From a virus, in the IMG/VR virus record IMGVR_UViG_3300021963_005267, positions 1 to 64,000 of that record: a DNA stretch of 64,000 nt; one strand, 5' to 3'. The notes under the pieces are model-generated. The model did no database searches. It had not been told where the DNA came from and worked only from the letters and a program-made list of their open reading frames with translations. Below are positions 27,952 through 36,764 of the stretch, piece after piece. Position 1 is the first letter of the stretch. Each line of letters begins with the position of its first letter. The translations under genes were made by a program, and so were the position numbers.

Positions 27952-28526
27952 TGAGCTCAATAGCCTGTAGATCAATAAAATCAAGAGCTGGTGGTGCTAT
28001 CACAGTTACAGCTGGAACTAGAATCATAAACCCTGGTTCAATTATTCAATATTTGCCTGTGAGAACTAATGCATTTAATACCTATGGTTCAGCAACCACA
28101 GGCGATGGTACACGCATAACTGATCTAGATTTAATTATTACTCCAAAACTTGCCTCCAGTACTTTGATAATGCAATGGATGGTCAATTGTGAAGTGAATC
28201 AGGATACTGTTTTTTTAATTCATAAAAATAATATTTTAATTACTGCTGAAAATTATGAAGGAAGAAATTCAGTAGGGAATCAAGGATATATCGGATATTC
28301 TCTTACTAATTATGACGTTGACACTGCTAGTACAATGAGTAATTATTTTATTCAGTATGCTATACCTGCTTTCAGCACCGATACTCAAACATTTTCTCTT
28401 GCTGTACGTTCGTCTTCAGCCACAGCTCAGACATTTTATTTGAATCGAACAGCAGGATCTGCAGGTCAGGCTCAGTACGAAAATGCTGTTAGTCTAGGAA
28501 CTATTATGGAAGTTGGTAATGAGTAA
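27951..28526 (+). CDS. Tail-fibre tip/adhesin-like paralog 2
   Basis: Same conserved pattern as paralog 1. Confidence 0.75.
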   Translation: MSSIACRSIKSRAGGAITVTAGTRIINPGSIIQYLPVRTNAFNTYGSATTGDGTRITDLDLIITPKLASSTLIMQWMVNCEVNQDTVFLIHKNNILITAENYEGRNSVGNQGYIGYSLTNYDVDTASTMSNYFIQYAIPAFSTDTQTFSLAVRSSSATAQTFYLNRTAGSAGQAQYENAVSLGTIMEVGNE

Positions 28527-30027
28527 AATAATAGTAAAAAATATAAAACCTCAAAGCAAGAATGCTGCTGCTATTGGAATTGAATCTAACACTTCGTTGA
28601 TCTCGCCAGGACAGATAATTCAAGTGGTTACTAACAGGGTGGATACAGATTCCACTTATTCATACACCGCTACAGGTAATGGAACATTAATAACCCCACT
28701 AACAACTTCGATTTATCCAGTGAAATCTAACAGTATTATTTTGGTAAAATTTAATCTGGTAGCTGAGGTATTGCAAGACTCTACTTTTTTAATTCATTTG
28801 GCTAGACAAACCTATGTACCGGCAACACCACCAGGTCCTATAGGAGTAAAAACTTTTAATATTTCTCCTGCCGTTAACGGCAAAACATCTTGGGATCTTG
28901 AAGTTGATGGTCCATTGTCTTTGTCTACTTATGGAACTTGGACCCTAACTCCTACAAATAATTTTACCAACGTAGTAAAAATCTGGGGCGGTGGTGGAGG
29001 TGTTCCAACTTACGCGGCTTCTAATTATGGCGGAGCTGGAGGGGCTGCTAAGGGAACAGTTTCTTTTACTTCTGGCACAGCTTATCAATTGATAGTAGGA
29101 CAAGGAGGAGGAGGAGTGGTTGCTAATAGAAATGCTGGAGGTGGCGGTGCAGGATCAGGTATACAGTTTGCCAGCAATAGTTCTCCAATTTTAGTAGCAG
29201 GTGGCGGCGGCGGTGGCTATGGTGGCGTTGGTCGCCGAGGTGGCGGCGGCGGTGGAACTACTGGACAGGCTGGTGAGGGTTTTGGTGGCCCTGGAGGTAC
29301 ACAGGCCGGACCAGGTATTGGTATAAGTGGTGGTAGAAGAACAGGTGCCAGCGGTTCAGGAAGAAATGGTGGGCAATTAGGCACTGGCTCAGCAGCAACT
29401 AGAACATCAACAGGATTTGGTACAGGTGGTGCCGGAGCGTATAATGGTGGCGATGCAGGATCAGGCGGTGGCGGTAGTGGATATTTTGGCGGAGCTGAAG
29501 GAGGTGGTGATGCTGGAGGTTTTGGTGGAGGAGGAGGATCCGGTTACTATAATCCATCATATGTTTCTAATGCAACTTTATATCAAGGTAATTATGAAGT
29601 TCCGGGCAACAATTCTGATATCGACAGAGGAACAGCAGGTAATCCTGGTGTAGGTACTAATCCAGGATTTGACGGTACTGATGGAAAAATCTTTCTGTCT
29701 GCTACACTGCAACCTGCATATTGGACCACCAATGCCCTAGACCTAGCATCTGATGCAGGCTACGAAGGCAAAAATCCAGTAAGTGCAAATGCCTGGGTAG
29801 GATATACATCTGCAGCCTACGACAATGACACAAACAGCACACCTAGTAGTTATTTTATTCAATATTACGTGCCGGTATCAGGCAGTGGAAAAATAGATAT
29901 AGGATTGGCAATCAAAGGATCAAACACCACAGGAATATTGGCACTAAATAGAGCATACACTGTAAATGCCACCGCTAATTATGAATTTGGTGTTAGCAGT
30001 GTGACTGTGATGGAGATAGCCCAATAA
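28519..30027 (+). CDS. Tail-fibre tip paralog 3 with an inserted glycine-rich domain
   Basis: Start ATG 28519; the two paralog halves flank IWGGGGG...LVAGGGGGG...GGGGSGYFGG...GGGGGSGY. Confidence 0.8.
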   Translation: MSKIIVKNIKPQSKNAAAIGIESNTSLISPGQIIQVVTNRVDTDSTYSYTATGNGTLITPLTTSIYPVKSNSIILVKFNLVAEVLQDSTFLIHLARQTYVPATPPGPIGVKTFNISPAVNGKTSWDLEVDGPLSLSTYGTWTLTPTNNFTNVVKIWGGGGGVPTYAASNYGGAGGAAKGTVSFTSGTAYQLIVGQGGGGVVANRNAGGGGAGSGIQFASNSSPILVAGGGGGGYGGVGRRGGGGGGTTGQAGEGFGGPGGTQAGPGIGISGGRRTGASGSGRNGGQLGTGSAATRTSTGFGTGGAGAYNGGDAGSGGGGSGYFGGAEGGGDAGGFGGGGGSGYYNPSYVSNATLYQGNYEVPGNNSDIDRGTAGNPGVGTNPGFDGTDGKIFLSATLQPAYWTTNALDLASDAGYEGKNPVSANAWVGYTSAAYDNDTNSTPSSYFIQYYVPVSGSGKIDIGLAIKGSNTTGILALNRAYTVNATANYEFGVSSVTVMEIAQ

Positions 30028-30353
30028 TGCCAAAAATTGTCAGAGAAAAAGTATATGGTGTTGCAGAAGCACTAATTTCGTTAAGTCCCCAGGCCAGATG
30101 GGGACTGGGCAGCGGCAACACCTATGAAGAAATTCAGTGGCAGGATCCCGAAATACCAATGCCTACTAAAGATCAGGTGCTGGCAGAAATTACAAGATTA
30201 CAAACTGAATGGAATAAAACACAATATCAAAGATTAAGAATGGCAGCATATCCTAACATAGAAGATCAATTAGATCAAATATATCACGAAGGTATTGATA
30301 AGTGGAAAGAAACTATTGCAGCCATAAAAACTCAATATCCTAAATCGGAGTAA
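30027..30353 (+). CDS. Tail-fibre assembly/XkdW-like protein
   Basis: L.P.A.W...TY..I.W.D...PT...EI.RL...R..AYP.I.DQLD; paralog of 31471-31800. Confidence 0.7.
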   Translation: MPKIVREKVYGVAEALISLSPQARWGLGSGNTYEEIQWQDPEIPMPTKDQVLAEITRLQTEWNKTQYQRLRMAAYPNIEDQLDQIYHEGIDKWKETIAAIKTQYPKSE

Positions 30354-30358
30354 AAACT

Positions 30359-30919
30359 ATGGCAGGATCCTTGACAGTAGATCAAATAACCAGTTCCAAT
30401 TTAACTGTTAGTGGAACAATCACAACTGGTTCAAGCAACACACCTCATTATCCATTGGTACTATCTACTTTGCAGAATGCTAGTGGAACTGCTGTTACTT
30501 TTACAAATATTTCTTCCTGGGCAAAAAGAATTACAGTAATGTTTAATGGAGTATCTACTACCGGAACCAGTCATTTGCTTTGTCAATTAGGTACAGGAAC
30601 TTTTGTAACTTCTGGGTATAATAGTTCCGGATCAGGGTGTATAAACGCTACTAGTCCAGCTGTGGCAGTTTCAACAGCAGGATTTATAATCTTAAATGAC
30701 ACTGCTACAGATATTAGATCAGGACATGTATCTATTACTTTAATGGGCAATAACATTTATATATCATCACATACTCTAGCAGGAGATTCAACCCGAGACG
30801 TTGTTTGGTGGGGAGCAGGATCTATAAATCTTGGAGGTGTTGTAGATAGACTAAGAATAACCACAGTCAGTGGAACCGACACTTTTGATGCTGGATCATT
30901 TAACATAATGTGGGAATAA
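30359..30919 (+). CDS. Tail-fibre-associated beta-sandwich protein
   Basis: SGTAVTFTNI.SWAKRITVMFNGVST...DRLRITTV.GTDTFDAG pattern. Confidence 0.7.
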   Translation: MAGSLTVDQITSSNLTVSGTITTGSSNTPHYPLVLSTLQNASGTAVTFTNISSWAKRITVMFNGVSTTGTSHLLCQLGTGTFVTSGYNSSGSGCINATSPAVAVSTAGFIILNDTATDIRSGHVSITLMGNNIYISSHTLAGDSTRDVVWWGAGSINLGGVVDRLRITTVSGTDTFDAGSFNIMWE

Positions 30920-30925
30920 AAATAG

Positions 30926-31474
30926 ATGAGCACATTAACAGTCAAAACCCTAGAAGGATTTGCAGATGTTAACAATATAATATCTGTTAGTTCGGGACAT
31001 GTTATATATACACCTGGATCGGTAGTGCAGGTTGTTAACACTACAAAAACTGATACGTTTTCAGGAACATCAAATACTACCGAACTTTTAGTGACAGGAA
31101 TGGCAGCTACAATAACACCTAAGAAAACTTCTAGTAAAATACTATGCACCGCAGTGATCAATCATGGACAACTTAGTACGACATATAAAGGTTATTTTAA
31201 AAGGAACGGAGTCAAAGTTGGTGTTGGAGACACCGCAGGATCTAGGCAGACAGCATCGTCGCCTTTTCCATTAGCCACTGACACAAATCAAGGCATGAAC
31301 TCTGTTATCTGTTTTCTTGATTCTCCAGGAACTACAGTCTCACTAACTTATCAATTATACGTAATAAATGATAATGCCACAGCATTTAATTTAAATCGAT
31401 CCAATGCTGACGCAGATTCTGTCACTGGCGGCAGATATGTTTCTACTATAACTTTAATGGAAATAGCGCAATGA
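30926..31474 (+). CDS. Tail-fibre tip/adhesin-like paralog 4
   Basis: PGSVVQVV...ITPK..SSKIL...LDSPGTT...TY...STITLMEIAQ. Confidence 0.75.
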   Translation: MSTLTVKTLEGFADVNNIISVSSGHVIYTPGSVVQVVNTTKTDTFSGTSNTTELLVTGMAATITPKKTSSKILCTAVINHGQLSTTYKGYFKRNGVKVGVGDTAGSRQTASSPFPLATDTNQGMNSVICFLDSPGTTVSLTYQLYVINDNATAFNLNRSNADADSVTGGRYVSTITLMEIAQ

Positions 31475-31800
31475 CCGAAACAGTATTCACTGATCTTCCT
31501 GCCGCTTTAGTAAACCTCCGTCCTGGTGCTGTCTGGGCGTTAGAAGGTGATACTTATGATAAGTTAATTTGGAAAGATGAAATTCAAACCAAACCCACAG
31601 AACAAGAATGCCAAGATGAGATGTTCAGATTATGGGAACTAAAAAATAATACTGCATATAAAATTGATAGAGCCAAAGCGTATCCTTCAATTGGTGATCA
31701 ATTAGATGCACTATTTCATGCAGGAGTTTTTCCGCCTGAAATGGCAGCTCAAATTCAAGCGGTCAAAGATCAGTATCCAAAACCCAAAACTGACGATTGA
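31471..31800 (+). CDS. Tail-fibre assembly/XkdW-like protein
   Basis: LRPGAVW...RAKAYPSIGDQLDALFH; paralog of 30027-30353. Confidence 0.7.
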   Translation: MTETVFTDLPAALVNLRPGAVWALEGDTYDKLIWKDEIQTKPTEQECQDEMFRLWELKNNTAYKIDRAKAYPSIGDQLDALFHAGVFPPEMAAQIQAVKDQYPKPKTDD

Positions 31801-31827
31801 TAAATATCTAAAATAAGGTATTTTAAT

Positions 31828-34800
31828 ATGGCCGTAAGTATACAAACTCTGTTATCTTCCAATCTCCCGCTAGGTTATACGGGCAGTATTGGCTATACGG
31901 GCAGTCAGGGATACACGGGCAGTCGTGGAGATAAAGGGGACAAATATAAAACTACATCATCAACATCGATGATCATTACTTCTTCTGGCACAAAGAATTT
32001 TGTGATAGAAACAGGATTGGCCTATACCACTAATCAAACCATAAAAGTAAGCTACAATCCCAGCAATTATATGACTATGAATATCGTCAGCTATAATGAT
32101 ATTACCGGAGGTATTGAAGCTACAGTTTACAACAGTACAGGCACAGGCACTTATACAAGTTGGGTAGTAAATTTAGAAGGGGCAGTAGGAGAAGTAGGAT
32201 ATACAGGCAGTCAAGGTTATACTGGCAGCTCAGGTGCGTATGCTGCTGTGGGATACACAGGTAGTCAAGGTGTAGGATATACAGGCAGTCAAGGCAATAC
32301 TGGGTTTGTAGGTAGTCAAGGTCCAGCCGGGGGTTATACTGGCAGCGCAGGCTTTACTGGTAGTCAAGGATACACAGGCAGCGGATCATCTGTAGCTGGT
32401 TCTAATACACAAATACAGTACAACAACAATGGGGTACTTGGCGGCAGTGCTAACTTAACTTGGAACCAGACTACGACTACGTTAACTGTAACAGGAAATA
32501 TTTACGCACCAAGTGAAGCTAATGCATCTTATCCGGGTGCATATAGAGCTGGATTTTTTGGCAGTGATGGATTTCTAGAAAGCAATTTTAGTGCAGGTAA
32601 TGGACAAAATGTTTACATAGCACAGGGTTTAACTTCAGGTCCAGGTGTACCAGCTACCAGTTTGTATCTTGGTCCAGATATGAATTTAAACCCCGCCAAC
32701 AATGCCAATTCCAATATCTATATAGGTGGTGGGAATAACACCTCCCAGATCTATTTGAGAGGTACGTCGTATTTGAATAATACAATGACGTATGGGCCGG
32801 CAGTTACCGGTGCGCCAACTGGTTATACTGGTGCTACATATAGAGTTGGTGCTCTTTATTCAGATGGCACATTGCAGTCGTTCTTTAGTGCAGGCAATGG
32901 AGTAAATTTTTATCTAGCACAGGGATTAACTGCAGGACCAGGTGTAAATCCTACCAGTTTGTATCTTGGTCCAGATATGAATTTTAATCCTGCTAATAGT
33001 GCCAATGCTAATATCTATATAGGTGGTGGGAATAACAACTCAAATTTATATTTGCGTTCTAATGTATATTTTCCAAATGAAGCTAATGCATCTTATCCGG
33101 GTGCATATAGAGCTGGATTTTTTGGCAGTGATGGATTTATAGAAAGTAACTTTGGTGCAGGTAATGGACAAAATGTTTACATAGCACAGGGATTAACTAC
33201 ATCAACAGGTCCAGCACCTACTAATTTATATCTTGGTCCAGATATGAATTTCAATTCAACTGGTAATGCCAATGCCAATATCTATATAGGTGGTGCTAAC
33301 AACAACTCTTTGATTTATTTGAGAGGTGTACCATATTTCCCAAATGAAGCCAATCCCGCATATCCGGGTGCATACAGAGCTGGGTTTTTTGACAGTGCTG
33401 GTGGTTTTGAAAGTAATTTTAGTGCAGGTAATGGACAAAATGTTTACATAGCACAGGGATTAACTGCAGGACCAGGTGTACCAGCTACCAGTTTGTATCT
33501 TGGTCCAGATATGAATTTAAACCCCGCCAACAGTGCCAATGCCAATATCTATATAGGTGGTGCTAACAACACCTCTCAGATCTATCTACGTGGGAGTAGC
33601 TACCTACAAAATACTTTGACCTATGCACCGGCTGCTACCAGTGTTTCAACTGGTTATACTGGTACTACATATAGAGTTGGTGCTCTTTATTCAGATGGCA
33701 CATTGCAGTCGTTCTTTAGTGCAGGCAATGGAGTAAATTTTTATCTAGCACAGGGATTAACTGCGGGCCCAGGTGTAAATCCTACCAATTTGTATCTTGG
33801 TCCGGATATGAATGTAAACCCCAACAACGGCGCTAGTGCCAATATCTATATAGGTGGTGCTAACAACAACTCTTTGATCTATCTACGTGGGATACCATAT
33901 TTCCCAACTGAAGCAGCACCTACATATCCAGGTGCATATAGAGCTGGGTTTTTTGACAGTGCTGGTGGTTTTGAAAGTAATCTTGGTCCAGCAAATGGAC
34001 TAAATGTTTACATAGCACAGGGATTAACTGCAGGACCAGGTGTACCAGCTACCAGTTTGTATCTTGGTCCAGATATGAATTTTAATCCCAACAACGGCGC
34101 CAATTCCGTTATCTATATAGGTGGTGCTAACAACAACTCTTTGATTTATTTGAGAGGTGTACCATATTTCCCAACTGAAGCAGCACCTACATATCCGGGT
34201 GCATACAGAGCTGGGTTTTTTGACAGTACTGGTGGTTTTGAAAGTAATTTTAGTGCAGTAAATGGACAAAATATTTACATAGCACAGGGTTACACCGCAG
34301 GTCCAGGTGTACCAGCTACCAATTTGTTGATTGGTCCGGATATGAATATGAGTCCCGTAAACAACGCCAATTCCGTTATCTATATAGGTGGTGCTAACAA
34401 CAACTCTTTGATCTATCTACGTGGGATACCATATTTCCCAAATGAAGCCAATCCCGCATATCCAGGTGCATATAGAGCTGGGTTTTTTGACAGTACTGGT
34501 GGTTTTGAAAGTAATTTTAGTGCAGCAAATGGACAAAATGTTTACATAGCACAGGGGTTGACTGCAGGTCCAGGTGTACCAGCTACCAATTTGTATCTTG
34601 GTCCGGATATGAATATGAGTCCCGTAAACAACGCCAATGCCAATATCTATATAGGTGGTGCTAACAACACCTCTCAGATCTATTTGAGAGGTAATTCTTT
34701 AGTAGCACCTTTATCTGGTGTAGGTAACAGAGCTGTGTACAGTAATGCTAGCGGATCTTTAACTAATTCATCTTCTGACATTACTCACAAAACCAATATC

Positions 34801-35052
34801 AGAGCTTTACCTTATGGATTAGATGAAATATTACAATTAATACCTGTAATTTTTAATTGGGTAAATCAAACTAAGTATGGATCACAGGAAGAACTTGGTC
34901 TTATTGCCAATCATGTTGAACAAATTATTCCAGAATTAGTATCTACTAACAATGATGGATCGAAATCTTTAGATTATCCAAAACTAGTTGCACCTATAAT
35001 TAAAGCCATACACCAGCTTGCAGAAAAAATCAATGTATTAGAAAATAAATAA
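31828..35052 (+). CDS. Tail fibre with collagen N-terminus, 8 long repeats and a C-terminal S74 intramolecular chaperone
   Basis: GYTGS tracts; SSDITHKTNI...GL..I.QL.PV.FNW...GLIA..VE.I.PELV autocleaving chaperone motif. Confidence 0.9.
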   Translation: MAVSIQTLLSSNLPLGYTGSIGYTGSQGYTGSRGDKGDKYKTTSSTSMIITSSGTKNFVIETGLAYTTNQTIKVSYNPSNYMTMNIVSYNDITGGIEATVYNSTGTGTYTSWVVNLEGAVGEVGYTGSQGYTGSSGAYAAVGYTGSQGVGYTGSQGNTGFVGSQGPAGGYTGSAGFTGSQGYTGSGSSVAGSNTQIQYNNNGVLGGSANLTWNQTTTTLTVTGNIYAPSEANASYPGAYRAGFFGSDGFLESNFSAGNGQNVYIAQGLTSGPGVPATSLYLGPDMNLNPANNANSNIYIGGGNNTSQIYLRGTSYLNNTMTYGPAVTGAPTGYTGATYRVGALYSDGTLQSFFSAGNGVNFYLAQGLTAGPGVNPTSLYLGPDMNFNPANSANANIYIGGGNNNSNLYLRSNVYFPNEANASYPGAYRAGFFGSDGFIESNFGAGNGQNVYIAQGLTTSTGPAPTNLYLGPDMNFNSTGNANANIYIGGANNNSLIYLRGVPYFPNEANPAYPGAYRAGFFDSAGGFESNFSAGNGQNVYIAQGLTAGPGVPATSLYLGPDMNLNPANSANANIYIGGANNTSQIYLRGSSYLQNTLTYAPAATSVSTGYTGTTYRVGALYSDGTLQSFFSAGNGVNFYLAQGLTAGPGVNPTNLYLGPDMNVNPNNGASANIYIGGANNNSLIYLRGIPYFPTEAAPTYPGAYRAGFFDSAGGFESNLGPANGLNVYIAQGLTAGPGVPATSLYLGPDMNFNPNNGANSVIYIGGANNNSLIYLRGVPYFPTEAAPTYPGAYRAGFFDSTGGFESNFSAVNGQNIYIAQGYTAGPGVPATNLLIGPDMNMSPVNNANSVIYIGGANNNSLIYLRGIPYFPNEANPAYPGAYRAGFFDSTGGFESNFSAANGQNVYIAQGLTAGPGVPATNLYLGPDMNMSPVNNANANIYIGGANNTSQIYLRGNSLVAPLSGVGNRAVYSNASGSLTNSSSDITHKTNIRALPYGLDEILQLIPVIFNWVNQTKYGSQEELGLIANHVEQIIPELVSTNNDGSKSLDYPKLVAPIIKAIHQLAEKINVLENK
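32512..34692 (+). repeat. Eight tandem 267/297-bp coding repeats
   Basis: Anchor TA(T/C)AGAG(C/T)TGG at 32542, 32839, 33106, 33373, 33670, 33937, 34204 and 34471. Confidence 0.95.
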
Positions 35053-35065
35053 ATTTGGAGATTAT

Positions 35066-35404
35066 ATGACTATTAATTTTGAAACTTCAAACATAACGCC
35101 TACTGTGTTATCTGAATACCGAGGTAATCAAAATGTACTCAAAGAGATAACTTACTGTTTACTTGCTACCAATACAGAAAGTGGTGCGCAGGCATATGTG
35201 ACTAGAGTGCATACCTTAGACATTGATAGAGAATACACTGCTGAAAATCCTTTTATTCCATTTGAAAATTTTACTGCTGAACAAATAAATTCAATAATTC
35301 AAGAAGCTATTCATACCTGCAGTTGGGATAAATTTTTGGAAAAAAAACTTCAAACGATTGCTGCTGAATCTAACAACATTAAAACTTTTTCATTTCAAGA
35401 TTAA
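35066..35404 (+). CDS. Hypothetical (fibre-associated) protein
   Basis: SD GGAG; FIPFENFT motif; follows the fibre gene. Confidence 0.7.
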   Translation: MTINFETSNITPTVLSEYRGNQNVLKEITYCLLATNTESGAQAYVTRVHTLDIDREYTAENPFIPFENFTAEQINSIIQEAIHTCSWDKFLEKKLQTIAAESNNIKTFSFQD

Positions 35405-35451
35405 AAATCATATGTTGATCTCCTAATAAATATTTTTATCTAGGAGGTAGA

Positions 35452-35655
35452 ATGAATCAACATCAAATGCAAAGCAAATTAACTGCAATGAAACTTCAAC
35501 AAGAAGAGTTGTTAAAAACTCTTGCACAAAAAGACAGAGAAGTACATCAAATTAGAGAAAATGTTCTCAAAATACAAGGTATAATTGATTTTTTAACTTT
35601 AGAGCTAGAACCCGAATCATCTAGTGATCATAAATTAGATATCAATGGCTCTTAA
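35452..35655 (+). CDS. Small coiled-coil protein
   Basis: Strong SD AGGAGG, heptad pattern. Confidence 0.75.
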   Translation: MNQHQMQSKLTAMKLQQEELLKTLAQKDREVHQIRENVLKIQGIIDFLTLELEPESSSDHKLDINGS

Positions 35656-36202
35656 TAATCAGTTATTAAATAACAATTATCTTGTTATTGATAATCTAAT
35701 ATCTGCCGAACAGGCAAATGTCATTTATAAAGATTTCAAAAAATTCTGTGATCTTGCTTTATTTGGAAATTTCGGAGATTCTCAAGCTCCGAAAAGTCCA
35801 TATGTATACAATTATCATCCATTCTTAGAAATTTTAATTGACAAAATACCAGTAGTAAAAGAATATTCTAATGAATCAGTTTTTCCAACTTACACATATG
35901 GAAGAATTTATAAACATAATGAAGAACTCAAAATTCATACAGATAGAGAGGCTTGCGAAATTAGTATAAGTCTGCATCTATGGGGCGATAAAGAATGGCC
36001 TTTCTGTATCAGGACCAGTCAAGGTGAAACTAAAGAAATATTTCTCAATCCTGGGCAGGCAGTTTTGTATCTAGGATGTGCTGCAGAACATTGGAGACCA
36101 AAATTTTACGGTTACAATTATGGTCAAGTATTTTTACATTATGTAAGATCTAACGGACCAAACGCCTGGGCCTATTTTGATAAAATTAAAAAACCTCAAT
36201 GA
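35645..36202 (+). CDS. 2OG-Fe(II) oxygenase-like protein
   Basis: PTYTYGRIY...L..HTDR.ACEIS.SL...L.PG.A..Y.G...HWR...QVFLHY (HxD...H). Confidence 0.85.
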   Translation: MALNNQLLNNNYLVIDNLISAEQANVIYKDFKKFCDLALFGNFGDSQAPKSPYVYNYHPFLEILIDKIPVVKEYSNESVFPTYTYGRIYKHNEELKIHTDREACEISISLHLWGDKEWPFCIRTSQGETKEIFLNPGQAVLYLGCAAEHWRPKFYGYNYGQVFLHYVRSNGPNAWAYFDKIKKPQ

Positions 36203-36759
36203 AAGAATTATCCGATTATATTAAAGTTTTTGACAATATAGTTCCGTTAGATGTTTGCGACAATATTGTTTCAAGTTTAAAAGACAGTCCATTGTGGACT
36301 CCAGCAGTTATTGGAAAACGCGGTCTAACAGATAAGTCAATTAGAAATCTTGATATAATTTCTATGTCTAACAAATCTATTAAAGACCAATCCAAATTTA
36401 TTAGAGAGATTGATGACAAATTTGTAGTATACAGTTTAAAAGCTATTAAACGCTATAAACAAGAATTTGATAAAGTAATGATCAATAACGACACCGGTTA
36501 TGATCTATTAAGATATAATGAAGGATCTTTTTATACTACTCACACTGATAGTTTTTTAGAAAGACCAAGAACAGTAAGTTGTAGTTTTGCTCTCAATGAA
36601 GATTTTGAAGGGGGAGAGTTTGCATTTTTTGATCGAGAACTTACTTTTAAACTAAAAAAAGGATCTGTAATAATGTTTCCAAGTAATTTTATGTTTCCGC
36701 ACGAAATTTGTAAAGTAATTTCAGGAACACGTTATTCAATTATAACCTGGTATGTTTAA
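36199..36759 (+). CDS. 2OG-Fe(II) oxygenase, prolyl-4-hydroxylase-like
   Basis: LLRY..G.FY..HTD...LNEDFEGGEF...FPSNFMFPH...V..GTRYSIITW. Confidence 0.9.
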   Translation: MKELSDYIKVFDNIVPLDVCDNIVSSLKDSPLWTPAVIGKRGLTDKSIRNLDIISMSNKSIKDQSKFIREIDDKFVVYSLKAIKRYKQEFDKVMINNDTGYDLLRYNEGSFYTTHTDSFLERPRTVSCSFALNEDFEGGEFAFFDRELTFKLKKGSVIMFPSNFMFPHEICKVISGTRYSIITWYV

Positions 36760-36764
36760 AAAAT

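Noticed and set aside
17092-34269. Many short antisense or alternate-frame ORFs inside fibre genes (e.g. 19176-19478, 25416-25907, 25467-25868)
   Set aside because: By-products of repetitive Gly-rich coding sequence, with no SD or promoter support.
22255-35052. Diversity-generating retroelement (Mtd_N domain plus near-identical repeats)
   Set aside because: No reverse transcriptase in the window, all repeats are in-frame coding units, and differences between them are not adenine-specific.
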